From assembly GCA_944360115.1 (NCBI GenBank), contig CALVTH010000001.1:6579-70578 (forward strand): a stretch of 64,000 nucleotides of DNA, in the 5' to 3' direction. Below the pieces are notes generated by a model, which worked only from the letters and a program-made list of their open reading frames with translations, was not told where the DNA came from and did not search any database. The stretch comes from an uncultured Clostridia bacterium (GTDB lineage: Bacteria; Bacillota; Clostridia; Christensenellales; CAG-917). Every line of letters starts with the position of its first letter. Within the stretch, counting starts at the first letter, position 1. A program made the position numbers and the translations under genes. This document shows positions 28,394 through 37,671 of this stretch, one piece after another.

Positions 28394-28425
28394 GTGCGCT
28401 TACTTCGGTAGGCGCACTTTTTTTT
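28394..28425 (+). terminator. Strong intrinsic terminator 16 nt upstream of the GIY-YIG start codon
   Basis: gtgcgcttac-ttcg-gtaggcgcac followed by eight T. Confidence 0.75.
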
Positions 28426-28441
28426 GAAGAGAGGGGCGGTT

Positions 28442-29296
28442 ATGTATATCTACTTAAATGAAATACTTGCTATCGGAAAGGATGAGTATCGCGATTGGTC
28501 TATTTGTTTGAACAATGCAAATGCCGAGCAAGTGTATTCTTTTGACGAAAACAAAGAGCGTTTACTTGAACATATTTCTTGGAAAAGGCATAGTGGTTCA
28601 AGCACAAGTTTTCGAAATATATCCACAAAATATTGTTTACAGTTTATAAGGTTAGACAAAGACCAAAAATGGGACCAGTGGCTGTTTTTGGGCGCATATG
28701 AAAATTGCGGCGAAAAGACTTTTGACGACGGGCATCAAACATACGATTTGAAACCCATTGACCGCTTTTCACATTTTCTTGAGAGACTGGTTGTCGAATA
28801 TAAAAAGAAGCAAGGACCAAAACAAGCGAAAATAGATATTGCAAATATTGAAACGATACCCGTTATATCGGTACTGGAGAAGAAGTATATTCAGATAAAC
28901 AAACCTTTTGACGGATACGACAAAATTTCGTTATCGTTCAAGGACTTAAAAGCGATAATTAACGGTAACGTAGATAATTGGCGAATATTGCTCGAAAACA
29001 TAAATTGTATTTATGCCATAACAGATACTTTGACGGGGAAAGTTTATATCGGCAGTACATACGGCTATAACGGTGTTTGGCAACGGTGGAGTTGTTACGT
29101 CAACACGAATGGGCACGGCGGCGATGTCGCATTGAAAAATTTGATAGAAACTACGCCCGATTACGGTAATAATTTTGTATTTACCGTAATAGAAAGTTTT
29201 TTTAACCGCGACGGCAACGCACCATATATTCGGGAACGTGAGAATTATTGGAAGAAAGTTTTTTCAACGCGCGCGTTCGGCAATAATAAAAATTAA
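28442..29296 (+). CDS. Two-domain protein: unknown N-terminal domain (~190 aa) plus a C-terminal GIY-YIG nuclease domain
   Basis: The C-terminus reads 'IYAITDTLTGKVYIGSTYGYNGVWQRWSCY...FVFTVIESF...IRERENYWKKVFSTRAFGNNKN'. This gives GIY...YIG, a conserved Arg, a catalytic Glu and a terminal Asn. The codon usage is AT-rich, unlike the neighbours. Confidence 0.7.
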   Translation: MYIYLNEILAIGKDEYRDWSICLNNANAEQVYSFDENKERLLEHISWKRHSGSSTSFRNISTKYCLQFIRLDKDQKWDQWLFLGAYENCGEKTFDDGHQTYDLKPIDRFSHFLERLVVEYKKKQGPKQAKIDIANIETIPVISVLEKKYIQINKPFDGYDKISLSFKDLKAIINGNVDNWRILLENINCIYAITDTLTGKVYIGSTYGYNGVWQRWSCYVNTNGHGGDVALKNLIETTPDYGNNFVFTVIESFFNRDGNAPYIRERENYWKKVFSTRAFGNNKN

Positions 29297-29367
29297 GAAA
29301 TACTTATAATCATAATTCAAGCGCAAACGGCTTGGTATTATAAAATCTTAAAAGGAGGTGTAAAGCG

Positions 29368-29571
29368 ATGTTTTCAGACTATGTTGTTTACATAAGGTAT
29401 TATTATTCGAAAGGCATTTTTGGCTCAAATCAAAAAGCGGAAACTACAATTTGTGTGCGCGCAGAAAGCGAAGGAGGCGCAGCGGAAAAAGCGCGCCGTC
29501 AACTTGAAGCCGACCTAAAACAAAAAGGTTATCGGCTTGGAAACTGTTCAACTAACGCAAAGAAAATGTGA
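29368..29571 (+). CDS. Small hypothetical protein (67 aa)
   Basis: A strong RBS aaaggagg lies 8 nt before the ATG. It is followed by a terminator at 29605-29632, has the same low-GC composition as the islet, and has no recognisable motif. Confidence 0.5.
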   Translation: MFSDYVVYIRYYYSKGIFGSNQKAETTICVRAESEGGAAEKARRQLEADLKQKGYRLGNCSTNAKKM

Positions 29572-29604
29572 CTAAAATTTGTTTTAGGTTATCACCTGTC
29601 CACC

Positions 29605-29632
29605 AAAAAGTCCACTGTTCAGTGGGCTTTTT
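29605..29632 (+). terminator. Intrinsic terminator at the right edge of the islet
   Basis: aaaa-agtccact-gttc-agtgggct-ttttt (one G.U pair). Confidence 0.6.
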
Positions 29633-29894
29633 CATTATTTCCCGAAAACGCGATTTTGCCGTTTAACATCAGATTCGCAAAAAAACCATGTCAAAAACGG
29701 TGTCGGAATTTCGGCAGGAATTTTGCGGCGGATTTCCGAAGAGTGCCAATGGCAATACACGGCAACCGAAGACGCAGGGCTTCGGACGCCTTGTTTGGGG
29801 CCTTTGAAAGGGGCGGAGCGGTACGGCGTCGGGAAAGGGCGGCGTGATAAGGATATTTCCGTGTTTTGATTGAGAGCATGCGGCGGTTGCGATA

Positions 29895-29924
29895 TTGACG
29901 GAGGGTGTCGCGGCGTGTCATAAT
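29895..29924 (+). promoter_or_regulatory. Candidate promoter with extended -10 directly abutting the kinase ATG
   Basis: TTGACG (29895-900), an 18-nt spacer, then TGtCATAAT (29916-24). ATG 29931 lies 7 nt downstream. Confidence 0.45.
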
Positions 29925-29930
29925 ACATAT

Positions 29931-31865
29931 ATGGGGATTGATAATGCCGAAGAGGTCAAGAAGATAAAAGTGTGGATATTTTCCGTCGCTTTGATTGTCG
30001 TGACGGCTGTCATGATATTTCTGACATGGCTGTGTTCGGAGAATTTTGCGCAGATAATGAATATGCCGCAGATGGACGGAACGCACATAGATATCGGCGC
30101 CGAAGACAATGAGTATGTCTCGCTGTACGGGCACAACGAATTTTTCTATAACAAATGGATTGTCACCGACGGGCTGGAGGCCGCCGAGCCCGACGCCGTG
30201 GTGGAAGTGCCGAAAGCGTGGACGGGCTGGGAACTGAACGGGAGCAAACTGGACCGCTTCGGATATGCGTCTTACCGTTGGACCATGACGGTGGAGCCGG
30301 GAGTGCCTTTCATCATTTACACCAAGAATTTCATCGGTGCGTACAGGGTGTTCGTCAACGGGCAGTTGTGCACGGAGTACGGCAGTATGTCCAAAGACCC
30401 GACCGAAACGGCGTCCGACGGAGTTTGTTCGAGCGTCACGCCGTACATCGCCGAGGAAGGCGAACTCCTGACCGTGGTGGTGGAGCTGAGCGCAAGCGAA
30501 ACGGGCGGACTGACTTCGTCGATGTGTTATGTGCGCGGCGAGTGGGCGATCGCCAACGCGTTGCGGTACGGCGACACGCTGGCGTGCGTTATCCTGGGCG
30601 CGTTGCTTATGCTCATACTCATCAACCTCGTCATCAATGCGGGGCAGGAGAAAGAGGGCAGGGACTGGACTTTGACGGTTTTCCTGTCGGCGCTTGCGCT
30701 CATGTACTTTTTCTCGCTTGACCTCTACTGGAAGATTTCGGAGACCGACAACATAATGATATACAACTGCATCGCCGAAGTTTTCTATGCTTTCGCGGTG
30801 CTGCTCGGGGTGGCGTTCGTCGTTCACCTGGTCAGGACGAATGTCATAAAATTCGGTCGAAAAAATTTGCCCGTGCTCATAGGCAGCGGAATTGTCAACC
30901 TCGCCTGTATCGGCGCATATTACGGGTTGATCGGATATAACGAGCGTATTATCCCTGTTTTTGTGCAGATAGGCGTTTTCACATTGCTGTATTTTCCGCT
31001 GCTCAGGGCTTCGTTCGACAGGGTGAAATTCGCCGCGTTGTACACAGTCATATTCTTCGGCATAATCTTTGCCATGGGCATAACTTTCATGGATATGCTC
31101 AACTTCGTCATCATAGGCACGGAGTCGGTGGCGACCTATGCCATTGTGTTCATAATGATTGCTGTGTACGCCATTTATCTGCTCAGAATCAGGGAACAGA
31201 ATCTGGCGGCACTTCGCGCCGAGGAGTACAGGCGGCGCATAACGGAAATCAAGTCCGCAATACTCCGCGAGCAAATCAAGCCGCATTTCGTATTCAACTG
31301 CCTTGCGAGCATACAGCAGATTTACCACGAAAATCTGCAGGAAGGCGACCGCGCTCTGGAGAGTTTCAGCCGTCACCTGCGCGCCAACATCGACGCCGAC
31401 GAAAAGGTGGTCATACCCTTTGCGCAGGAACTTGAGAATATCCTCAACTATGTGAAACTCGAGCAGATGCGTGTGGCAAAGGAAATCAATCTCATGCTCG
31501 ATGTCGAGTTCTGGGATTTCGAAATCCCCGCGCTTGCGTTGCAGCCGTTTGTCGAAAACGCAATCAAGCACTCGGGTATTCTCGACGACGAGGACGGGTA
31601 TGTCCTCATCGCAACGGAGTTTGCGGACGGCAAGGTAGTCATAACCGTAGAGGACAACGGTTGCGGGTTCGATGTCGACGCGGTGGGGGAGAAATCCGTG
31701 GGACTCAGGAACTCGCGTGAAAGGCTTTCCCTTATGACGGGCGCAGAAACCGAAATCGTCAGCCGCATAGGCGAGGGCACGCGTATAACTATTTCTTTCG
31801 AGATGGAATCGGGCGCGGATTCCGGCGCAAAGAACGGCTCGGAGGCGGAACATGAGGACGATTAA
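29931..31865 (+). CDS. Sensor histidine kinase, LytS/YehU-type catalytic core with a 7TMR-DISM-like sensor
   Basis: It has an N-terminal TM helix, an extracytoplasmic domain of about 170 aa and about seven TM helices. These are followed by the His_kinase motif 'KPHFVFNCLASIQQIY' and HATPase motifs 'FVENAIKHS', 'VEDNGCGF' and 'GLRNSRERL'. Confidence 0.85.
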   Translation: MGIDNAEEVKKIKVWIFSVALIVVTAVMIFLTWLCSENFAQIMNMPQMDGTHIDIGAEDNEYVSLYGHNEFFYNKWIVTDGLEAAEPDAVVEVPKAWTGWELNGSKLDRFGYASYRWTMTVEPGVPFIIYTKNFIGAYRVFVNGQLCTEYGSMSKDPTETASDGVCSSVTPYIAEEGELLTVVVELSASETGGLTSSMCYVRGEWAIANALRYGDTLACVILGALLMLILINLVINAGQEKEGRDWTLTVFLSALALMYFFSLDLYWKISETDNIMIYNCIAEVFYAFAVLLGVAFVVHLVRTNVIKFGRKNLPVLIGSGIVNLACIGAYYGLIGYNERIIPVFVQIGVFTLLYFPLLRASFDRVKFAALYTVIFFGIIFAMGITFMDMLNFVIIGTESVATYAIVFIMIAVYAIYLLRIREQNLAALRAEEYRRRITEIKSAILREQIKPHFVFNCLASIQQIYHENLQEGDRALESFSRHLRANIDADEKVVIPFAQELENILNYVKLEQMRVAKEINLMLDVEFWDFEIPALALQPFVENAIKHSGILDDEDGYVLIATEFADGKVVITVEDNGCGFDVDAVGEKSVGLRNSRERLSLMTGAETEIVSRIGEGTRITISFEMESGADSGAKNGSEAEHEDD

Positions 31866-32670
31866 AATTGCGGTGATAGACGACGAAATCAACCCTCTCA
31901 AGTCTTTCGTCGAGAACATCATAGACAAACCCGATGTGCAATGTTCCTATTTCATGCGCGACCCGAAGGCGTTGCTCGAAAGCGTGGCAAAGGACGGTTA
32001 CGACGCCGTTTTCCTCGACATCAATATGCCCGCCGTGAACGGAGTCGACCTGGCTTGCCGTATATTGGAAAAAGCCCCCGATGTCTGCATCGCTTTCATA
32101 AGCGGATATGCGCAGGACGAGGAGAAAATAGGGCGGCGCGTGGGCGAAAATCTCATAGGATTCTGCTACAAGCCTTACAGCGCGGAGAGAATAGACGAGT
32201 TCGTCGCCCGCATAAAACAGATGCGCGGTATAAAGTGTGCCGTGTACGCCCGCACATTCGGCAATTTCGACCTTTTCGTCGACGGCGAAAAAACGGAGTT
32301 CGAGTCCGCCAAAAGCAAAGAATTTCTCGCATATCTCGTCGACAGGCGCGGCGCAACCGTGCCCATGTCCGAAATGGTGACGGCGCTTTGGCCGCACCGA
32401 CCGCTCGACAAAGCCAAAATGCTGTACCGCAACGCAAAAAGCCGTCTCGACATCACTCTCCGCAACGCCGGTATGCAGAACCTCGTCCGCTTCGGACGCG
32501 CGCAGGCGAGCGTCAACCCCGACCTTATGGAATGCGATATGTGGCGTTACATAGACGACGACTCCGACCTGTCCTACAACGGCGAGTATATGATAAGTTA
32601 CAATTGGTCGGTCAACACTCAGCACCGTCTCGACATGATTGCGATGCGCAGAGACGCTCTCTTCGACTGA
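31852..32670 (+). CDS. Response regulator: REC domain plus SARP/OmpR-type winged-helix DNA-binding domain
   Basis: The REC domain reads 'IAVIDDE...[13 protein letters not shown]...CYKP'. The output domain '[46 protein letters not shown]' follows the SARP N-terminal pattern. It overlaps the kinase stop by 14 nt. Confidence 0.8.
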   Translation: MRTIKIAVIDDEINPLKSFVENIIDKPDVQCSYFMRDPKALLESVAKDGYDAVFLDINMPAVNGVDLACRILEKAPDVCIAFISGYAQDEEKIGRRVGENLIGFCYKPYSAERIDEFVARIKQMRGIKCAVYARTFGNFDLFVDGEKTEFESAKSKEFLAYLVDRRGATVPMSEMVTALWPHRPLDKAKMLYRNAKSRLDITLRNAGMQNLVRFGRAQASVNPDLMECDMWRYIDDDSDLSYNGEYMISYNWSVNTQHRLDMIAMRRDALFD

Positions 32671-32851
32671 GCCCCTCCCGTCGCGGATTTTTCCCGTCGT
32701 TTTCCGTAAAAAATTTTTCGACTTTTTCATTTCCGTTCACGCTTTTTTCACACTTCGTATGTTATCGGTGTATCGAGAGAGCGAAATTGCGCCGTTTTGC
32801 GGCTTTGCGGTCGGGGCGTTTTCGGTCTCTTTGGAAACGGAGGGGACGATT

Positions 32852-35800
32852 ATGGGAATTTCCAAAAAATTCACAATCATTTTCGTTTTGTCGCTGGTGT
32901 GCGTGCTTTTCGCGTGCGCGCTCGTGGCGTGCAATCCGAGCGACAGTGCGAATAACGGTCAGTTGCCCAGTGACGAAGAGTATGTGACCGTAACTTTTGA
33001 CACTGACGGCGGGTCTGCGGTACAGGCAGAAAAAGTGAAGGTGGGGGACAGGGTGGAGAAGCCCGCCGAACCCCTGAAAGACGGATATTTGTTTGCTGGG
33101 TGGTTTCTCGACGGCAAACAATACGATTTCAATCTGTCCGTTACATCGGATATAACTCTTGTTGCGCACTGGACGGAAAAGTTGATAACCGTCATGTTCG
33201 TCGTCAACGATACCGTGATAAAACAGCTGAACGTCAAATACGGCAGTTCGTTGCAGAGCGACGATATTCCCGCCGTACCCGAAAGGAGCGGGTATATCGG
33301 GGCCTGGGACAGGCAGTCGTTCGATAACCTTAAGGAATCGCTGACGGTTAAGGCGGTCTACACCCGACAAGAGTACGATGTCAGATTCGTGCTCAATTAC
33401 GAAGGGGCGGGTACGGTTACCGAACGCACTGAAAACGGCCTCATAACGTTCATCCCCGAGCGTCCCGATTACGTGTTCAACGGTTGGTGGTACAGCGACG
33501 GACAGACGAGCGACGGAGGATACATTCTCACCCGCCGTCACGATATGAAGGAAACGATTGACGAAGCCGGAGTCGTGCTCTACGCCGAGTGGGTGAAGGA
33601 AGCCGACCGTGCGGAGCAGTTGTCTGCGCCCGTCGTAAGCGTCGAAAACGGTGTGTTTTACTGGGAAGCCGTGGACGGCGCGACGGGATACACCGTCACC
33701 ATTCTGCAAGGCTCCGTAGAGCAGGAGAAGTCACGGATTACCGCAACACATTTTTCCTTCCCGACATACTATTCCGCGGGATACTACACCGTGAAGATTT
33801 GCGCCAACGGGGACGGCATAAACACATACAACTCCGTTGAAACATCTAAAAATTACGCGCACAGGATCCTCACTCAACCCACCAATGTGAACATAAATGA
33901 CACGACATCGGTGCTTACGTGGACCGCTGTGCCGAACGCCACTTCGTATACAGTAACCGTGAACGGAACCGCGGTGAATTGCAGCGATCCCGTTTACGAT
34001 ATGTCGTCGTACGAGGCGGGTACGTACACCGTGACCGTCACGGCAAAACGAAACGGATGGACTTCGACCGAAACGCGCGCTACGATAAAAAAGGTGCGCC
34101 TCAAGACGCCTGCCGTCAGCATAACCACCGACGGACTGATGTATACGGTGACTTGGGACGAAGTCGCTCACGCCAACAGCTACATAGTGAAAATAGGCGA
34201 AAAAGAGACGAACACCGCTTCTACATCGTGGAGCGTTTCGTGCGCCGATGCAACACTGTGGGATACCACCGAACAACTGACATTTATAGTGTACGCTTAC
34301 GACAGCAACACAGAATATCTGCGCTCCATAGGCGAGGAATACAAGATCACGAGGCTGTGGGGCATCGCAGTTGAAACTTCCGAAGGCGGCCAGGTCAACG
34401 CCATAGGCGACGGAGTGGTGCGCGCCGATGAACAGTGTTTCGGCGCGCCGAGCGGCAAGACCGTAACGCTTGTTGCCACCACGAATGGCGGCTATGTCTG
34501 GCTCGGGTGGTATCTGGACGGCAAGAAGGTGAGTGAGGACAACAAGCTTAGTTATTCATTCGAGATGGAGTCCGCCCCCGTCACTTACACAGCAATTTGG
34601 CAAATGCAAGCGGAAATGGAGATATTCAACTTCTCATCGACGCCTACTGATATCACCATATTCGGGGTCAAAGACGGTGATATTTCAGCTGTGGAAATTC
34701 CTTCATACTCCGGAGTTTCGGTTCAAATTGCCCAAGATGCATTCACAAAATGTAAAAATTTAAATTCCGTCACCATCGGTAGCGGCGTGACAAGCATAGG
34801 AGGGAGTGCCTTTTACGGTTGCTATAGATTGGTTGAGGTATACAACAAGAGCAAGCTCAATATCGTGGCGGGTAGTTCGGATAACGGTTATGTCGCTTAC
34901 TATGCAAAGAACGTATATACGGAAGAAGGCGGTTCAAAACTCACTACCGATGAGAACGGTTTTGTCTTCTACTACGACGGCACGACGGGTTATCTTGTCG
35001 GTTACACGAGCGACGAAACAGAACTCATCCTTCCCGACGGTTTTGTCGCGTACAACGGCGTGTGGGTAAACGCTTATGAAATTAACAGGTACGCCTTTTA
35101 CAGTTGCAGCGGCTTGACCTCAATCACCATTCCCGACAGCGTGACAAGCATAGGGGATTACGCCTTCTACGGTTGCAGCGGCTTGACCTCCGTCGCCATA
35201 GGCAACGGCGTGACAAGCATAGGATATCGTGCCTTCGAGGATTGCAGTGGCTTGACCTCAATCACTATTCCCGACAGCGTGACGAGCATAGATAGTTGTG
35301 CCTTCTGTAATTGCAGCAGTCTGCGTTCCGTTACCATAGGCAACGGCGTGACAAGCATAGGGAGTTCTGCTTTCTCCGGCTGTTATAAATTGGTTGAGGT
35401 ATACAACAAAAGTAAACTCAACATTGTCGCAGGCAGTTCGGATAACGGCTATGTCGCCTATTACGCAAAGAACGTACACACGGAAGAAGGCGGTTCAAAA
35501 CTCACTACCGATGAGAACGGTTTTGTCTTCTATTACGATGGCACAACGGGTTATCTTGTCGGTTACACGGGCAGCGAGAATGAACTGGTTCTCCCCGACG
35601 GTTTTGTCGCGTACAATGGTGCGAGGGTGAATGCTTATGCAATTAACGGGTACGCCTTTTACAATTTCAGCGGCCTGACCTCAATCACCATCCCCGACAG
35701 CGTGACAAGCATAGGGAATTATGCCTTCGAGGATTGCATTAGTTTGAAATCTGCCACCATAGGCAACGGCGTGACAAGCATAGGAAGCAATGCCTTCTAT

Positions 35801-37297
35801 GGCTGTTATAAATTGGTTGAGGTATACAACAAAAGCAAACTCAAAATTGTCGCAGGCAGTTCGGATAAAGGCTATGTCGCCTATTACGCAAAGAACGTAT
35901 ACACGGAAGAAGGCGGCTCCAGACTTACCATCGATAGCGGCGGTTTTGTCTTCTACTACGACGGCACGACGGGTTATCTTGTCGGTTACACGAGCGACGA
36001 AACAGAACTCATCCTTCCCGACGGTTTTGTCGCGTACAACGGCGTGTGGGTAAACGCTTATGAAATTAACAGATACGCCTTCTACGGTTGCAGCGGCTTG
36101 ACCTCAATCACCATTCCCAACAGCGTGACAAGCATAGGGTATCGAGCCTTCGGGGATTGCAGCGGCTTGACCTCAATCACTATTCCTGACAGCGTGACAA
36201 GCATTGGGAGTAATGCCTTCGCGGGTTGTAGCGGTTTGACCTCAATCACCATTCCCGACAGCGTGACGAGCATAAGGGATTATGCCTTCTGGGGGTGCAG
36301 CGGTTTAACCTCAATTATTATCCCCGACAGCGTGACAAGCATATGGAATTATGCCTTCTGGGGGTGCAGCGGTTTAACCTCAATAACCATCCCCGACAGC
36401 GTGACGAGCATAGGGGATAGCGTCTTCTACGGTTGCAGCGGCTTGACCTCGGTTACCATAGGCAACGGCGTGACAAGCATAGGGGATTATGCATTCGAAA
36501 ATTGTTACAAATTGGTCGAGGTATACAACAGGAGTAAACTCAACATCATCGCGGGCAGTTCTAGTAACGGCTATGTTGCCTATTATGCAAAAAATGTGTA
36601 TAAACAAAAAGGCGGTTCAAAACTCACCACAGATGAGAACGGTTTTGTCTTCTATTACGACGGCACAACGGGTTATCTTATCGGTTACACAGGCGACGAA
36701 ACAGAACTCATCCTTCCCGACGGTTTTGTCGCGTACAACGGCGTGTGTGTAAACGCTTATGAAATTAACAGGTACGCCTTCTACATTAACGGCAGCTTTA
36801 AATCCGTCACCATAGGCAACGGCGTGACAAGCGTAGGGGGAGATGGCGCTTCCTCGGGGCGCACGGGCTTGACCTCAATAACCATCCCCGACAGCGTTAC
36901 AAGCATAGGGAATTATGCCTTCTATAATTGTAGCAGTCTGCGTTCCGTTACCATAGGCAACGGAGTGACAAGCATAGGGAGTTCTGCGTTCGAACTTTGC
37001 AGCGGCTTGATCTCAATCACCATTCCCGACAGCGTGACAAGCATAGGGGATGATGCCTTCTCGTGGTGCGGCGGCTTGACGTCCATTACTATCCCAGACA
37101 GCGTGACAAGCATAGGGAAGGGTGCCTTCGAAAATTGCAGCGGCCTGACCTCGGTGATTTTCAAGAATAAAAGAGGCTGGCAGGTGTCGACAACAAGCAG
37201 TTACACCAGTCTTTCGAGCAGCGATTTGTCCGATCCTTCGACTGCGGCGACCTATCTCAAGTCGACCTACCGTACCTATTATTGGCGTAGGGCGTAA
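32852..37297 (+). CDS. Giant surface lipoprotein: Listeria-Bacteroides (Flg_new) repeats, Ig/Fn3-like modules and many BspA-type leucine-rich repeats
   Basis: It has a lipobox 'FACALVAC'. Its Flg_new-like units include '[39 protein letters not shown]'. It has more than 20 LRR_5 units such as '[35 protein letters not shown]'. Confidence 0.85.
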   Translation: MGISKKFTIIFVLSLVCVLFACALVACNPSDSANNGQLPSDEEYVTVTFDTDGGSAVQAEKVKVGDRVEKPAEPLKDGYLFAGWFLDGKQYDFNLSVTSDITLVAHWTEKLITVMFVVNDTVIKQLNVKYGSSLQSDDIPAVPERSGYIGAWDRQSFDNLKESLTVKAVYTRQEYDVRFVLNYEGAGTVTERTENGLITFIPERPDYVFNGWWYSDGQTSDGGYILTRRHDMKETIDEAGVVLYAEWVKEADRAEQLSAPVVSVENGVFYWEAVDGATGYTVTILQGSVEQEKSRITATHFSFPTYYSAGYYTVKICANGDGINTYNSVETSKNYAHRILTQPTNVNINDTTSVLTWTAVPNATSYTVTVNGTAVNCSDPVYDMSSYEAGTYTVTVTAKRNGWTSTETRATIKKVRLKTPAVSITTDGLMYTVTWDEVAHANSYIVKIGEKETNTASTSWSVSCADATLWDTTEQLTFIVYAYDSNTEYLRSIGEEYKITRLWGIAVETSEGGQVNAIGDGVVRADEQCFGAPSGKTVTLVATTNGGYVWLGWYLDGKKVSEDNKLSYSFEMESAPVTYTAIWQMQAEMEIFNFSSTPTDITIFGVKDGDISAVEIPSYSGVSVQIAQDAFTKCKNLNSVTIGSGVTSIGGSAFYGCYRLVEVYNKSKLNIVAGSSDNGYVAYYAKNVYTEEGGSKLTTDENGFVFYYDGTTGYLVGYTSDETELILPDGFVAYNGVWVNAYEINRYAFYSCSGLTSITIPDSVTSIGDYAFYGCSGLTSVAIGNGVTSIGYRAFEDCSGLTSITIPDSVTSIDSCAFCNCSSLRSVTIGNGVTSIGSSAFSGCYKLVEVYNKSKLNIVAGSSDNGYVAYYAKNVHTEEGGSKLTTDENGFVFYYDGTTGYLVGYTGSENELVLPDGFVAYNGARVNAYAINGYAFYNFSGLTSITIPDSVTSIGNYAFEDCISLKSATIGNGVTSIGSNAFYGCYKLVEVYNKSKLKIVAGSSDKGYVAYYAKNVYTEEGGSRLTIDSGGFVFYYDGTTGYLVGYTSDETELILPDGFVAYNGVWVNAYEINRYAFYGCSGLTSITIPNSVTSIGYRAFGDCSGLTSITIPDSVTSIGSNAFAGCSGLTSITIPDSVTSIRDYAFWGCSGLTSIIIPDSVTSIWNYAFWGCSGLTSITIPDSVTSIGDSVFYGCSGLTSVTIGNGVTSIGDYAFENCYKLVEVYNRSKLNIIAGSSSNGYVAYYAKNVYKQKGGSKLTTDENGFVFYYDGTTGYLIGYTGDETELILPDGFVAYNGVCVNAYEINRYAFYINGSFKSVTIGNGVTSVGGDGASSGRTGLTSITIPDSVTSIGNYAFYNCSSLRSVTIGNGVTSIGSSAFELCSGLISITIPDSVTSIGDDAFSWCGGLTSITIPDSVTSIGKGAFENCSGLTSVIFKNKRGWQVSTTSSYTSLSSSDLSDPSTAATYLKSTYRTYYWRRA
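34957..35098 (+). repeat. 142-bp perfect intragenic repeat (partner at 35941-36082)
   Basis: The string cggttttgtcttctactacgacggcacgac...gcttatgaaattaacag reads identically at both places, at an offset of 984 bp. It is part of four ~190-aa modules starting near 34818, 35378, 35801 and 36501. Confidence 0.85.
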
Positions 37298-37346
37298 CAC
37301 AATGGCAAGACGCGGCGTCGTCACCGCCGCCGATTGTATTCAGTTG

Positions 37347-37380
37347 AAAAGCGCAGCGACTCCTCCCTGCGCTTTTCGTT
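37347..37380 (+). terminator. Intrinsic terminator after the LRR lipoprotein gene
   Basis: aaaagcgcag-cgactcctcc-ctgcgctttt followed by cgtttt. Confidence 0.65.
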
Positions 37381-37500
37381 TTGTTTCGGGAATCCGTCGG
37401 AGCGCGCGGCGAACGATACGAAAGGGGGCTCTGACGGCGGGGGAGGCGGAAAGCGAAAGCGAAAAGCAAAACGGATGCGTTAGATTGCAGGTTTTTCGAA

Positions 37501-37575
37501 ATGCGGCGGAGATGATGCGGAGATTATGCGGCGGTGAGAGACGGATAATGCGGCGCGTGCGGCGGCAAAATGCGG
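37501..37575 (+). repeat. Five phased direct repeats of ATGCGG(C/A)G
   Basis: ATGCGG occurs at 37501, 37515, 37526, 37548 and 37570 (spacings 14, 11, 22 and 22 bp). A degenerate ATGCGT lies at 37475. Confidence 0.8.
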
Positions 37576-37671
37576 ACGGCGCGGCGACAAAAAGGTACGA
37601 GGACGGAGAGCGCGCAAAGAGGCGAAACATTGCAAAAATTGCAAGCAAGACTCGGGGGAAAAGTCAATTTT

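Larger units (their letters stand above)
28032..29640. mobile_element. Low-GC islet inserted directly 3' of tRNA-Val (no integrase or transposase seen)
   Basis: Composition breaks abruptly. Row 28261-28320 has 18/60 G+C, while row 27541-27600 has 39/60 (hand counts). The edges carry imperfect repeated motifs: gttttaggtt at 28069 and 29581, ccactgtcaagtg at 28051, and ccactgttcagtg at 29612. Confidence 0.45.

Noticed and set aside
28032-29640. Prophage or integrative element at tRNA-Val
   Set aside because: There is no integrase, excisionase, transposase or phage gene, and the segment is only ~1.6 kb. The flanking repeats are short and imperfect. It is therefore reported as a low-GC islet rather than a defined mobile element.
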